Positions 16,589 through 25,983 of a stretch of 64,000 nucleotides of DNA are shown here, in pieces. A model generated the notes under the pieces. That model saw only the letters and a list, made by a program, of their open reading frames with translations. It ran no database searches and was not told the origin of the DNA. How positions within the stretch are numbered: position 1 is the first letter of the stretch; every line of letters begins with the position of its first letter. The stretch lies in IMG/VR virus record IMGVR_UViG_3300031521_000016, positions 35,895 through 99,894 of that record. One strand, given 5' to 3'. Made by a program: the position numbers and the translations under genes. The DNA is from a virus (lineage: Duplodnaviria; Heunggongvirae; Uroviricota; Caudoviricetes).

Positions 16589-17784
16589 TTTAAAAATTTA
16601 AAGTCGCAACGTCTATTTGGTCTATATTTAATTTTTGGATCGTTTAGTTTTCCTCTTCCGTCAGTCTGAATTCTTGATCCGTCGATTTTCCAGACTTTTA
16701 CCATTTCTTTCTTGGTACGTTCTACTCTTTCATCGCTTAACTTAAAATTGTATGGAATATCACCCATATAATCACAGTAACCGACTATTTGAAGTTTCAG
16801 CTTTGGATTATCTTGCATTTTCTTAGCTACTTTACAAATAGTAATCAATGCCCAATCATCTAACTCATATTTATCGAAGTCAAAATAGATGCTTGGAATT
16901 TCATTATCTGTTAAGTTAATAGTATCTACATTATGTTTTCCGTCTAGATTATTATTTCTATTCAGAATATAGGCTGATAATGAGTCGATCTTATTGTCTT
17001 GTGAAATATTTTTCTTTTTTAGTGATTTTATTTCTTTGTTTAGATCATTTATATCAGATTGTAGATTTCTATCTTTCTTCGGATACTTAACCGGTGAAAA
17101 TTTATACGATATGCCTAATGTCGCTAAACCAACTTTATCATTAGTTACTCCTTTGTATGTCCAGATACCTTCTAAATTATCTTTATTGAAACATATATAG
17201 CTCATTTTAGCTAGAATGTCGATATGTTTAGAATAATTATACTTTAAATATACAGAAATAGGTAATGTTACTGCTAATCCATATTTTTCTGTTACTGGGA
17301 AAGTAGGCATAATTCCGGGTGATGGAGACTTAATATGTAACATATCGTCTGCTGTAAGTCCCGGAGTCAAATCGTATGAGTAAAATGAATATCCTAATCC
17401 TACTGAACCATTTACTGTAAGTTTAGATAGTGAGTACGGTAAAATTAAATGCGTAATATCTATTGTAAGGTTTAAACCACCTGTCCAGATATCACTGCCT
17501 ATGTTTCGAGTAACCCCATTTAATCCGGTGTTAGCATTAATAGGTATATAATAACCGTTAGCACTTATTCCCCAAATATGATTAATCTTATATTCGAGAT
17601 TTAATCCGGCTGTTACTCCCCACACCGAACTTGGGAAAATATTCTTGAGAGACTGATTAATGTCTCCATCGAATCTGTTTAGACCAACTTCTGGTGTAAC
17701 AGACCACTTTGAGTAAGTGGGATAATTGTATGCATTACTATTCAATGACAGTAAACATACTAGAAATAGTATTAATTTTTTCAT
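16585..17784 (-). CDS. OmpA-family outer-membrane protein
   Basis: Signal peptide, a beta-rich N-terminal half, a coiled-coil linker, and a C-terminal OmpA peptidoglycan-binding domain (IYFDFDKYEL...LQIVGYCDYMGD...N..LSDERVE). Confidence 0.7.
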   Translation of the reverse strand: MKKLILFLVCLLSLNSNAYNYPTYSKWSVTPEVGLNRFDGDINQSLKNIFPSSVWGVTAGLNLEYKINHIWGISANGYYIPINANTGLNGVTRNIGSDIWTGGLNLTIDITHLILPYSLSKLTVNGSVGLGYSFYSYDLTPGLTADDMLHIKSPSPGIMPTFPVTEKYGLAVTLPISVYLKYNYSKHIDILAKMSYICFNKDNLEGIWTYKGVTNDKVGLATLGISYKFSPVKYPKKDRNLQSDINDLNKEIKSLKKKNISQDNKIDSLSAYILNRNNNLDGKHNVDTINLTDNEIPSIYFDFDKYELDDWALITICKVAKKMQDNPKLKLQIVGYCDYMGDIPYNFKLSDERVERTKKEMVKVWKIDGSRIQTDGRGKLNDPKIKYRPNRRCDFKFLK

Positions 17785-18479
17785 GATACAGTTTTATGTG
17801 AATAAAATTTATAGATGACATATGCATATATTAAGACTGTTAAGAATATAGGAGCATCTCCTACTGGTACACTATTTGGACATTCTACATATACATGTTC
17901 CCATTCCCAATATTCAATCCATCTATTTTGACACCAGTCATAATATACCTTTTTAACTTTAACGTTATATCCACAATCTGAATAGCATCTTTGTAACACA
18001 GATGCATTACCTATTGATGTCTTATTTGCATCTTCACTATTAAGAACTGAAGCATCTGCAGTAGGTGCTAGTTGACTACTAGATGTAGAAGTAGTATTTT
18101 TAGATCCGAATGAATTAAAGAATATTGGTTGTACAGATTGTGGTTGAATACTGGTTTCAGTCTTTACATTCATAGAAGAATTATATGTCATTGCTCCATT
18201 ACTTACTGAATTTACTGGAGTAGCATTAAATGCTTCATATTTATTTTCAGTAGGTGTCATCTGAATGCTATTAAAATCTTCATTATTATCAGACTCAGCT
18301 GAATAACTATTCATTTTTGGTGCATTAGGGATCGTAGTCTTGAAATTAGAATCAAAATTACTTTTCGTTACACTAGTATAGAAAAATGACTCATGATTCT
18401 CTGTGAGTTGAGTTACTGTTAATGATAATACGCTTATCAATGTAATAACTAGAGCGATAATGAATAGATTTTTTTTCAT
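17781..18479 (-). CDS. S/T/N-rich membrane protein with Cys-rich C-terminus
   Basis: TM segments at the N- and C-termini flank a low-complexity middle. Confidence 0.45.
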   Translation of the reverse strand: MKKNLFIIALVITLISVLSLTVTQLTENHESFFYTSVTKSNFDSNFKTTIPNAPKMNSYSAESDNNEDFNSIQMTPTENKYEAFNATPVNSVSNGAMTYNSSMNVKTETSIQPQSVQPIFFNSFGSKNTTSTSSSQLAPTADASVLNSEDANKTSIGNASVLQRCYSDCGYNVKVKKVYYDWCQNRWIEYWEWEHVYVECPNSVPVGDAPIFLTVLIYAYVIYKFYSHKTVS

Positions 18480-18985
18480 GGTTGATGATTAAATACATTT
18501 ATTGCATACCCATTTACCATGGGTCTTCCAGTGTTATATGCTCCAAATGCTAGTTTCCAACTTCCGTACGTATTATATAAATGTCTAATAATTTTCATAC
18601 TAGTTTGTACGTTAAAATCGATGTCATTCAGTAACATTTCTCTTGTGACTTTACGTCTTGGCCACATTAACTTAGCAGTAGAAGGCATAATTTGCATGGC
18701 TCCTAATGCTCCAACAGGTGATATTCTGGATTGATTATAAGACCATTGAAAGGGTCCCCTATATTCAGTTTCCTGTTTTGCAATCCCATATGCATATTGT
18801 TTAGGGACATCATATTCTTCAGCATACTTTTCAATGCAGTAATGCATCTGTAAGCAAGGCGGAATCATTTTAGATGTAGCATTGGGATTAAATTTATCAC
18901 CAGTTGCTATTGCTGGTGCAGTCCTAAAACTTAGGAATACGATAGCAATAGCAGACATGATAATTGTTGTGTAAAATAATTTCAT
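18476..18985 (-). CDS. lytic transglycosylase (SLT domain) with signal anchor, endolysin-like
   Basis: GIAKQETEY...GALGAMQIMPSTAKLM matches the SLT catalytic motif. Confidence 0.7.
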   Translation of the reverse strand: MKLFYTTIIMSAIAIVFLSFRTAPAIATGDKFNPNATSKMIPPCLQMHYCIEKYAEEYDVPKQYAYGIAKQETEYRGPFQWSYNQSRISPVGALGAMQIMPSTAKLMWPRRKVTREMLLNDIDFNVQTSMKIIRHLYNTYGSWKLAFGAYNTGRPMVNGYAINVFNHQP

Positions 18986-19324
18986 TTATTTACTTTTTTG
19001 TTTAGCGTAAATGTCTTTGGCATACAGGTTGAAAATTGCCTGTCCAAATTCTTTACTGTAAAGAGTGTACTTATGTGTAGCACGGTCTCCAAAAATTAAT
19101 TCTCCCTGTTCGTTTAATGCAACAGTGGTAGTTTGCAGGTTACAAACAGGTGTTACTACTAGTGTAGAATTGTACTTGTTGTAAAGCTGCGAAGCGTAAA
19201 ATCCAATGACCATCGCGATAGCAATAACCAAAACATTTAACAGATTCTTGAAGATTGGTAAAATCTTGCCAAATAGTTTTTTAACTTGTTCTTTGTCGAT
19301 ACTTACTTTTTCATTTGTTATCAT
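18986..19324 (-). CDS. single-TM protein, holin or i-spanin candidate
   Basis: One central TM helix (LLNVLVIAIAMVIGFYASQLY); sits beside the transglycosylase. Confidence 0.4.
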   Translation of the reverse strand: MITNEKVSIDKEQVKKLFGKILPIFKNLLNVLVIAIAMVIGFYASQLYNKYNSTLVVTPVCNLQTTTVALNEQGELIFGDRATHKYTLYSKEFGQAIFNLYAKDIYAKQKSK

Positions 19325-19348
19325 ATTCTATGTTTTATAATTATGTAC

Positions 19349-19358
19349 AAAAATAACA
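19349..19358 (-). promoter_or_regulatory. TGTTATTTTT variant
   Basis: 25 nt upstream of the start at 19324. Confidence 0.3.
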
Positions 19359-19397
19359 AAAAAGCATATCGTAGTAAAACGCTACCTGACACAAAAT

Positions 19398-19422
19398 GGG
19401 GAGAATCATAATGACACTCCCC
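19398..19422 (-). terminator. hairpin GGGGAG...CTCCCC followed by ATTTTGTG on the coding strand
   Basis: Follows the small lipoprotein ORF. Confidence 0.45.
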
Positions 19423-19441
19423 AAAAGTTCAACTCTATTGA

Positions 19442-19588
19442 TTAAATAGAATCTACACAAGCTATCGTATCGACTACCTGTACAGAATCAGTTTTAATAG
19501 AATCATTTGCAGGTGTTGCTACAGTAGATTGTTTTACACATGCAATAAATCCCATGCAAATAATAGAGATAAGAAGAATCTTTTTCAT
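19442..19588 (-). CDS. small lipoprotein (48 aa), o-spanin-like candidate
   Basis: Manual translation MKKILLISIICMGFIACVKQSTVATPANDS... has a signal peptide and lipobox Cys. Followed by hairpin terminator 19398-19422. Below the ORF-track size cutoff. Confidence 0.4.
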   Translation of the reverse strand: MKKILLISIICMGFIACVKQSTVATPANDSIKTDSVQVVDTIACVDSI

Positions 19589-19695
19589 TTTCGTTTATTT
19601 AATTTGAATATGTTATAGTACACCCTTATAATTGTTCTGTTCTTGTTTAGAAACTGTTTGTGTGTACTAGATAAATAAAAAAATAAAAACTCATA

Positions 19696-20076
19696 ATGAA
19701 ATTAAAAAGCTTTTCAGAATATATCAAAGAGGATGAAAATGTAGATGCTCCTGTAGCTGCACCTAGTTCAGTAGATGATACTAGAGATGAAACGAAAAAG
19801 AAATTTCGTACAAAGAAAGAGTTACTGGGATATACATCTGAAAGTGAACCTGTAATGGCCGTTATAAAAGTAGGACATACTATTGAACTTACTCCAGACG
19901 ATTTTAAACAACTGAAGAATTTAAAAGTTACTCAGTATGAAAGTGACATGTATGAACATGTTAGAGGAGGTAAAGTATATAAGATCAAGAAAGACGGAAA
20001 AGGAAAATATGTAATTTTTCACTATCATAAAACATTACACAAATTAACTCCAGTAGGTACATTTAGATTAGAGTAG
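19696..20076 (+). CDS. hypothetical protein (only plus-strand gene in the window)
   Basis: Track ORF in an otherwise non-coding plus-strand gap, convergent with the Thg1-like gene. Confidence 0.5.
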   Translation: MKLKSFSEYIKEDENVDAPVAAPSSVDDTRDETKKKFRTKKELLGYTSESEPVMAVIKVGHTIELTPDDFKQLKNLKVTQYESDMYEHVRGGKVYKIKKDGKGKYVIFHYHKTLHKLTPVGTFRLE

Positions 20077-20103
20077 TCTAAATGTACCTTGAGTTTACTT
20101 TAG

Positions 20104-20940
20104 TTATTGCAAGTATACTGTCAATATATCGTCGAAGAACTCTTTGTTCTGTGTAAAGATCGGCGTTTCAACAGCTTCCCATTTATTTCGTCTTGCTCCA
20201 TTCTTTAGATACTCAACCTTTTTAATGATTGCTCCTCGCTTCCTGCGGTAATCATACTCATTCCAATTGATACCTTTTTCAAAGATCATATCTTGCATTA
20301 CATCTGTTTTCTTACCGTGTAGTTCTTTTGGGCTGTATAAGCTTTGAGCTACAGAAGAAATAGAATTGCGAGTGGCATCTTGCTGTCTCCAAATGAAATA
20401 ATTTATAACTTCCTGTCTAGCTGGAATAGTGAATACTCTAGCATCAAATTCAGCTAATTTTTTGAAGCATCCCATGATGTCATCATGTGTCTGAAAAACA
20501 AGATTTTCAAATTTTGACAGAGCACGTTTGATTCGCAATTCATTAAACTTATTAGTTGCCATAGAAGCTGATACACTTACAATCTTTTGGATATTATTAT
20601 CGTACCATGCATCGGTTGTTACATCATCGAAATCAGTAATTAATACTGAGATTTCATCAGATTGGACGTAAGCACATTTAGCACCTTGGATATTTTTACA
20701 CAGATATGCTGCAGTAAGATTCATATCTTCAATTAATCCATCATCAAATGGACGTTGCAACCCTTTCGTGTAAGTATGAAATGCTTTTCCATCGATTCTG
20801 ATTACTGCATATGTACGTCTGGGTAGATACATTCGAGTTCTGTTCTCGTAGAACTCTTTCATCCTGTTCCCTAAATCATCTTTTTTATTTTCCACGGTCG
20901 GTGTAATATTTAATGTATAATGCTTGTTGTCTGATGCCAA
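20104..20940 (-). CDS. Thg1-like tRNA 5'-guanylyltransferase (TLP)
   Basis: FYENRTRMYLPRRTYAVIRIDGKAFHTY...RPFDDGLIEDMN...CAYVQSDEISVLITDF matches the Thg1 catalytic core (RxDG, PFD, SDEIS). The start may be the internal M27. Confidence 0.75.
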   Translation of the reverse strand: MASDNKHYTLNITPTVENKKDDLGNRMKEFYENRTRMYLPRRTYAVIRIDGKAFHTYTKGLQRPFDDGLIEDMNLTAAYLCKNIQGAKCAYVQSDEISVLITDFDDVTTDAWYDNNIQKIVSVSASMATNKFNELRIKRALSKFENLVFQTHDDIMGCFKKLAEFDARVFTIPARQEVINYFIWRQQDATRNSISSVAQSLYSPKELHGKKTDVMQDMIFEKGINWNEYDYRRKRGAIIKKVEYLKNGARRNKWEAVETPIFTQNKEFFDDILTVYLQ

Positions 20941-21133
20941 ATTCTCTAGTTAATAAATTCGGCATTGCTCCGCCATTTATTACATCTTCTACATATCCTG
21001 CCATTTTAATAGCATTAAACTCTCTTTCTCTTCCTTGGATAATTCCATCTTCTGCAATTTCAAGGATAGCAGCAGCTAAATCTGCTGCAGTTTCGGCAGC
21101 ATTTACTAAATCGTAATGTTCTAATCTTTTCAT
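20885..21133 (-). CDS. hypothetical protein
   Basis: Track ORF; overlaps the annotated Thg1 start unless Thg1 uses M27. Confidence 0.35.
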   Translation of the reverse strand: MKRLEHYDLVNAAETAADLAAAILEIAEDGIIQGREREFNAIKMAGYVEDVINGGAMPNLLTREFGIRQQALYIKYYTDRGK

Positions 21134-21137
21134 TCTC

Positions 21138-21572
21138 TTAATCTTTTATGAATTTGCCGTGTAATGTACGGTATATAAGTTCTTTGACATATAGTCTATT
21201 AGCTGTACTTTTCCATTTAATGCCTCTTTTCCAATTGTACGATATGCAGTTAATCAACCAAGAATTTGACATTTCAGATATTGGAACCCATTTTAATGGT
21301 TCGTCACCATTCTTGCCTCTACCTCCTCTGCAAACATATTTTCGTATTTCTTTAAATGTGCTATCTGAATAGATAGAGACATCTTTCATTGGTGCTTCTG
21401 GATAATCTGACATTCTTCTGTATGAATTACCACCGTCTAACATGTATCGTTTACCATTAGCATCGTCATGTGTAACATAATGATGTGTATGTAAGGACGT
21501 AAGTATTGTACCATCAGGGGTTTGCATTCTGCAAACTAACATTTTTCTTTCTTTCATATTCAAATATAACAC
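21138..21572 (-). CDS. hypothetical protein
   Basis: Track ORF. Confidence 0.45.
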   Translation of the reverse strand: MLYLNMKERKMLVCRMQTPDGTILTSLHTHHYVTHDDANGKRYMLDGGNSYRRMSDYPEAPMKDVSIYSDSTFKEIRKYVCRGGRGKNGDEPLKWVPISEMSNSWLINCISYNWKRGIKWKSTANRLYVKELIYRTLHGKFIKD

Positions 21573-21583
21573 ATTATTTCTAT

Positions 21584-22006
21584 TTAGAAACCGAATTGTA
21601 TAGATTTTATCAGTCCTCGTTTTTTTATCTCGAATTCATCTACAGTCATACCAGATTTTGAAAATTCAGTAAATATCATGGGATCTTTTCTTATCCAGCT
21701 TAAAGTTTTACTGTTAAGTAATGATTTTTTCTTGATAAGTCCGAATCTATCTTTATATGCAAAATATGTATCGCCAATTTTTACAATTAGTATATCGTAA
21801 ACATATTTATCTGTAGTAGTACATCTTGGTTCAATTGTATCGCCTATAGCATAATATCCTTTTACGACTAACATCTTAACGTAATGACATGCAAGTCCAT
21901 CATGAATGAAACATTTTGTATCTAATATCGTAGGACTATCTTGATTAAGAAGCGAGCGCGTTTCGAATCTTTTTCTGAGTATTCTATCTAAAGTTGCCTG
22001 GTTCAT
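21584..22006 (-). CDS. hypothetical protein with C-terminal QFGF tail
   Basis: Ends ...KKRGLIKSIQFGF; lies immediately downstream of the PARP-like gene. Confidence 0.5.
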   Translation of the reverse strand: MNQATLDRILRKRFETRSLLNQDSPTILDTKCFIHDGLACHYVKMLVVKGYYAIGDTIEPRCTTTDKYVYDILIVKIGDTYFAYKDRFGLIKKKSLLNSKTLSWIRKDPMIFTEFSKSGMTVDEFEIKKRGLIKSIQFGF

Positions 22007-23263
22007 TTAGTTGCTAATTTCTATAATATAGCGGATAGTAGCTTGCGATATATCGTAAATGATGTATTCATTGTTTCGTAAGTCTGCTCCACCCTCAGCG
22101 AATACAGAATCGAAACCATCAGCTGCAAGATTCTTTTTATTTAGCCCGTAATTAGAACGTGTTACATGTTTCTGATTTCCTACGTGAAAGTCAAATAATG
22201 CCAAGAAAGCAGTAGCAGCAGAACCTCTCGCCCAGTATGAACCGGATAATGATGTATAGCCGATAGACTTTTGTGCTTTATCAGCTCCATAGATACCGTC
22301 TCCGAACATAGAACCAGAATATACTGCTCCAGATGGTCTAATCAAAAGCCCTGTCTGTAAAATGTTAAGCCAGTTTTCATTTCTAGAACCATGCCAGAAT
22401 GTTTGTATCTTTTTATTTTTAGCTGAATCTACTTGTTTAATGAAGCGTTCTTCTGTTTGTATATTTTTTACACCGAATGCTCTAACGAATTGTTTAGCAT
22501 TTGGCCCCATAAGCGATTTGATTTTTTGAACTTCTGCATCTGTAATTTCTACCATTTCAAGACCAAGCATCTTTAATGTATCAACTTTTTCATCTGCATC
22601 ATCTTCTTCTCCACCATTTTCTGCAAGTTTTTGTTTCTTCAACATTTCAACTTGTCCTGCCATAGTATCTAAAAGTTTTTGTTCTTTGTCCATCATGTCG
22701 AACAGAGTTTTGTTTTTTGTATCTTTTAGATCGAAGTCTTTGGGTAAAAGATGATAACTTACATGCTTCATCTTTCTAGGTATAATCGAATACAGCTCTA
22801 AGAATAAGTTGTTGATATCATTAACCGTAAGAGTGGATAATCCGGCAGATATCGTATTAATGATGCCTTGTGCTGCATCAACTTGTTGTTGTGTAACGTC
22901 AGATTGAGAAATCGTGTAGTTTTCTTCTACCGTCTTTTTAGCAAAAGCTTGTAGTCTGTCGAAGAATAACTTAATCTTAGCATTAGCAATCTGAGTAATC
23001 GTTTTCTTCTTGCCGGTTTTAACATCAGTAGCAGTGGCTCCAATAGATTCGATGAATAGTGTGGTTACATCTTTATAACCTTTTTTCGTTTTCGCTCGAT
23101 ATGTCTTTTCCCATTCTCTAATCGGATAAGTTTTTTCAGCTGGTTTACCTCCTTGTACTCTACCATATACGACTGTGAATGTTCCATTTTCATTATCAGT
23201 CATATGATAAAATTTGTTGTTATTTTCACTGGTCACCATGACCAATTTTACTACTTTCCCCAT
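22007..23263 (-). CDS. PARP-like ADP-ribosyltransferase with N-terminal WGR domain
   Basis: WGR-like N-terminus (NNKFYHM...VVYGRVQGG...KGYKDV). Catalytic domain FWHGSRNENWLNILQTGL...GDGIYGADKAQKSIGY...NNEYIIYDISQATIRYIIE aligns with the PARP1 H-G-S / Y-Y / E triad. Confidence 0.8.
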   Translation of the reverse strand: MGKVVKLVMVTSENNNKFYHMTDNENGTFTVVYGRVQGGKPAEKTYPIREWEKTYRAKTKKGYKDVTTLFIESIGATATDVKTGKKKTITQIANAKIKLFFDRLQAFAKKTVEENYTISQSDVTQQQVDAAQGIINTISAGLSTLTVNDINNLFLELYSIIPRKMKHVSYHLLPKDFDLKDTKNKTLFDMMDKEQKLLDTMAGQVEMLKKQKLAENGGEEDDADEKVDTLKMLGLEMVEITDAEVQKIKSLMGPNAKQFVRAFGVKNIQTEERFIKQVDSAKNKKIQTFWHGSRNENWLNILQTGLLIRPSGAVYSGSMFGDGIYGADKAQKSIGYTSLSGSYWARGSAATAFLALFDFHVGNQKHVTRSNYGLNKKNLAADGFDSVFAEGGADLRNNEYIIYDISQATIRYIIEISN

Positions 23264-23264
23264 A

Positions 23265-23723
23265 TTATTGTTCTACGTTTTTTATTGTTCCCATTTCTAC
23301 TTCTCTGATAAACTCGGCATTGACGATCCCTACTCTAGGTACAAACTCGGAACCATCAGGTAAGCACCATTCATAATATAGTGATTCGCCATATCTATTA
23401 GCTATTTCTTTTACTGAAAGAAATTTCTTTACACCCAAAAATGAATTTAGTTTCTTTTCCATTTCTTCGATAGAAACGCGGGTATGATCTATACGTCTAG
23501 ATGCATTAGCAATTTTTATTGATAGTACAGATTTGAATAATTCTACATTAGATGAAACATCGTCAAAATCTACATTGTAGCCGTAATTTTGTCCGCCTGG
23601 ATCTGATTCAGCCCAGTCTTCTACATCACCTCTAATGTCTTCTTCCGTGTGTTCATCTGGTACTATCAAGTGATGAAGTCGTTCACCATTTCTAAATCGT
23701 TTTTTTATTTGTATCAGTTTCAT
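23265..23723 (-). CDS. hypothetical protein
   Basis: Track ORF. Confidence 0.45.
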   Translation of the reverse strand: MKLIQIKKRFRNGERLHHLIVPDEHTEEDIRGDVEDWAESDPGGQNYGYNVDFDDVSSNVELFKSVLSIKIANASRRIDHTRVSIEEMEKKLNSFLGVKKFLSVKEIANRYGESLYYEWCLPDGSEFVPRVGIVNAEFIREVEMGTIKNVEQ

Positions 23724-24013
23724 TGCTCTATAAAATAATCGATTTTACATGCTAACATATTTTTATCTTCTATTTTAAATGAGAATTTTCCAGAAGTGTA
23801 AATCATTATGCAATTTTCATGATTTATGATACGATAAGCATCCTTAGGAAGAAAAACTTCTTGTTTTGCTTTATAATCATATTTCAAAACACATAGAACA
23901 CCGGCTATACTTGTTTCTACAGTATCTATTTGTGTCTGAATATTGGGGCTTAATTTTTTTACTTGTTCTTCAAGTTCTGCAAATTCTTTTGCTGTAGTTG
24001 CGATTATTTTCAT
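23720..24013 (-). CDS. hypothetical protein
   Basis: Track ORF. Confidence 0.45.
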   Translation of the reverse strand: MKIIATTAKEFAELEEQVKKLSPNIQTQIDTVETSIAGVLCVLKYDYKAKQEVFLPKDAYRIINHENCIMIYTSGKFSFKIEDKNMLACKIDYFIEQ

Positions 24014-24014
24014 A

Positions 24015-25091
24015 TCAAAATATCATTTCATTAAGTTTTACATTGTCGATATATTTACTTCCGATATATTCGAATTGTCCACGAAACTCTGTACCTGAAC
24101 AATAATCTTCTTTTGTCGAGAAAATTTTATTCCGGTAAAGATATGATTCTACACGAGAAGCTAATTCGAACAGCTGAGGTTGTCTAATGTCATCCTTTGT
24201 GTATTTACCAAAAAATGGTTCGAGTTTTTGAATCTTTACTTTCGATTTACCGAGTAAGATTTTTGAAACTGAGGTAGCAGAGTGAGAAGATGGCAAGTCT
24301 CTGTATAAAATAAGTACGTCATTTAGAATAGCAGATGGCTTACCGACAGTTGATTCTTTATCGAAAATTAAGTTTGCAATATATTTCTTAAAATCGAGAA
24401 AGGACATGTCTGAAAAATCTTGTCTTTCATAACGGTCTGGTACATCGACATAATGTTTCATTTCACTATATTCAATAGAACTTTCACATGGAAATGAAGA
24501 GAGCTCTAAGAACATCATGTGTACTATTTTATTATGTAAATCACCAGGTACATCTTTTATTTTTAAAGAATGATGCATATCTGTAGGAATTTGTTGTGTC
24601 AGATATTCTCTGGCTTCTGCTATATCTTCAAAATATGAAGTATTAGTAACAACTCTTCCTAGTTTGCTATATGTTACTGCAGCAATAGATGCAACTGCTT
24701 TTGGATATGAGCCAAAAATACATCGATTAGTAATAATAAATTCTACTGATTTACGGCATCGTGAATTATGAGAATTTACGAGTTCTCCAGTAGAACATGG
24801 GATATCTTCCCATCCTAAGAAGATTTCAGGAGTGGCTTGCGTCTGCCAGATAAGTTCAATGAGAGCTTCATTTTTTCTCTCTACTACGGCATCGTATGTC
24901 TTACCCGATAATTCGTAATCACACACTTTAAGCGGAACATCATATCCACGCTTATCTTGAACGTAAATTTCGAGGCCCCGCTTAGTAGCAAAACATTGAG
25001 ATATCGTGTATTTTTCATCTCTATGAAAAGATGAATTCTCAGAACGAGAAAAAATAACGTCTCCAGGTTTTAAAAATAGATATTCATTCAT
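24015..25091 (-). CDS. hypothetical protein (358 aa)
   Basis: Track ORF with a promoter-like motif 25 nt upstream. Confidence 0.55.
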   Translation of the reverse strand: MNEYLFLKPGDVIFSRSENSSFHRDEKYTISQCFATKRGLEIYVQDKRGYDVPLKVCDYELSGKTYDAVVERKNEALIELIWQTQATPEIFLGWEDIPCSTGELVNSHNSRCRKSVEFIITNRCIFGSYPKAVASIAAVTYSKLGRVVTNTSYFEDIAEAREYLTQQIPTDMHHSLKIKDVPGDLHNKIVHMMFLELSSFPCESSIEYSEMKHYVDVPDRYERQDFSDMSFLDFKKYIANLIFDKESTVGKPSAILNDVLILYRDLPSSHSATSVSKILLGKSKVKIQKLEPFFGKYTKDDIRQPQLFELASRVESYLYRNKIFSTKEDYCSGTEFRGQFEYIGSKYIDNVKLNEMIF

Positions 25092-25114
25092 TTGATTATT
25101 TTTTTAGAATAAAT

Positions 25115-25124
25115 AAAAATAACA
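25115..25124 (-). promoter_or_regulatory. TGTTATTTTT variant
   Basis: 24 nt upstream of the start at 25091. Confidence 0.3.
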
Positions 25125-25374
25125 CAAAATGATGAACAGAGAAAATGTGTTAGTCTTTCTCTAACATGGTTTTTACGATGTATACACCAAAACCGATTAC
25201 GATAATAGCACCAAATACTTTATCAGAATTATCGACTATGTATTTAAAAAGATCGAACATAAATTGTTTTTTAATTATTACTTGAGAACGCTTAGTATAC
25301 TAAGTCTTGAATAGCATACTTTACCACTAAATGATCTGATAATTATTGTATTCAACGACCGCAAAAGTTCTGGG

Positions 25375-25983
25375 TTACATGAAGAGATCAAGCTTGTCGA
25401 TTAACGTATTTACTTCATCAGAAAAAACAGAACTTTTTTTGACTGTCGTAACATTGTTTGGACTATACATTTCTACCCAATTATACCCAATTAATAGTTG
25501 AGGAATTTCAAGTGGTTTATTACCACGATATTCATAGACATAATTTCCATCTGATCTTGATTGATATTTATATCTGAAATCTGGGTGACCAACTTGTGCA
25601 CTGACACTTACATAAATCTTGTCTGATGTAGTAGATATAGTTTTTGTTTCTCTCACTTTAGGGTTGTAAATATTATTCCTATTCGAGTTCGAATCGAACT
25701 CTTTCTGATAAAAACCTGACGATCCCGATATTCCATCAGAACCTGATGGGCCACGACCTGTTTTAACGGGTTCTGTACGTATCCACGGTTGATCATTTGG
25801 ATATGAGACGGCTTTTGCTTCATTTTCTTTTATCCAATGTTTCTCTCTCTTTTCTTCTAACGAAGCGGGAATTACACTTGGAATATGCTTTACATTCACA
25901 TTTATAATCTCATGTTCTTTTATAGAACTCACTGTTTTTTCGACTCCGAAAAATTTCTTTATTTTGTCATAAAATTTACTCAT
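25375..25983 (-). CDS. hypothetical protein
   Basis: Track ORF. Confidence 0.5.
   Translation of the reverse strand: MSKFYDKIKKFFGVEKTVSSIKEHEIINVNVKHIPSVIPASLEEKREKHWIKENEAKAVSYPNDQPWIRTEPVKTGRGPSGSDGISGSSGFYQKEFDSNSNRNNIYNPKVRETKTISTTSDKIYVSVSAQVGHPDFRYKYQSRSDGNYVYEYRGNKPLEIPQLLIGYNWVEMYSPNNVTTVKKSSVFSDEVNTLIDKLDLFM

Noticed and set aside
25681-25697. GAGTTCGAATCGAACTC palindrome resembling a tRNA T-arm
   Set aside because: It lies inside the coding sequence of 25375-25983, with no surrounding cloverleaf potential.
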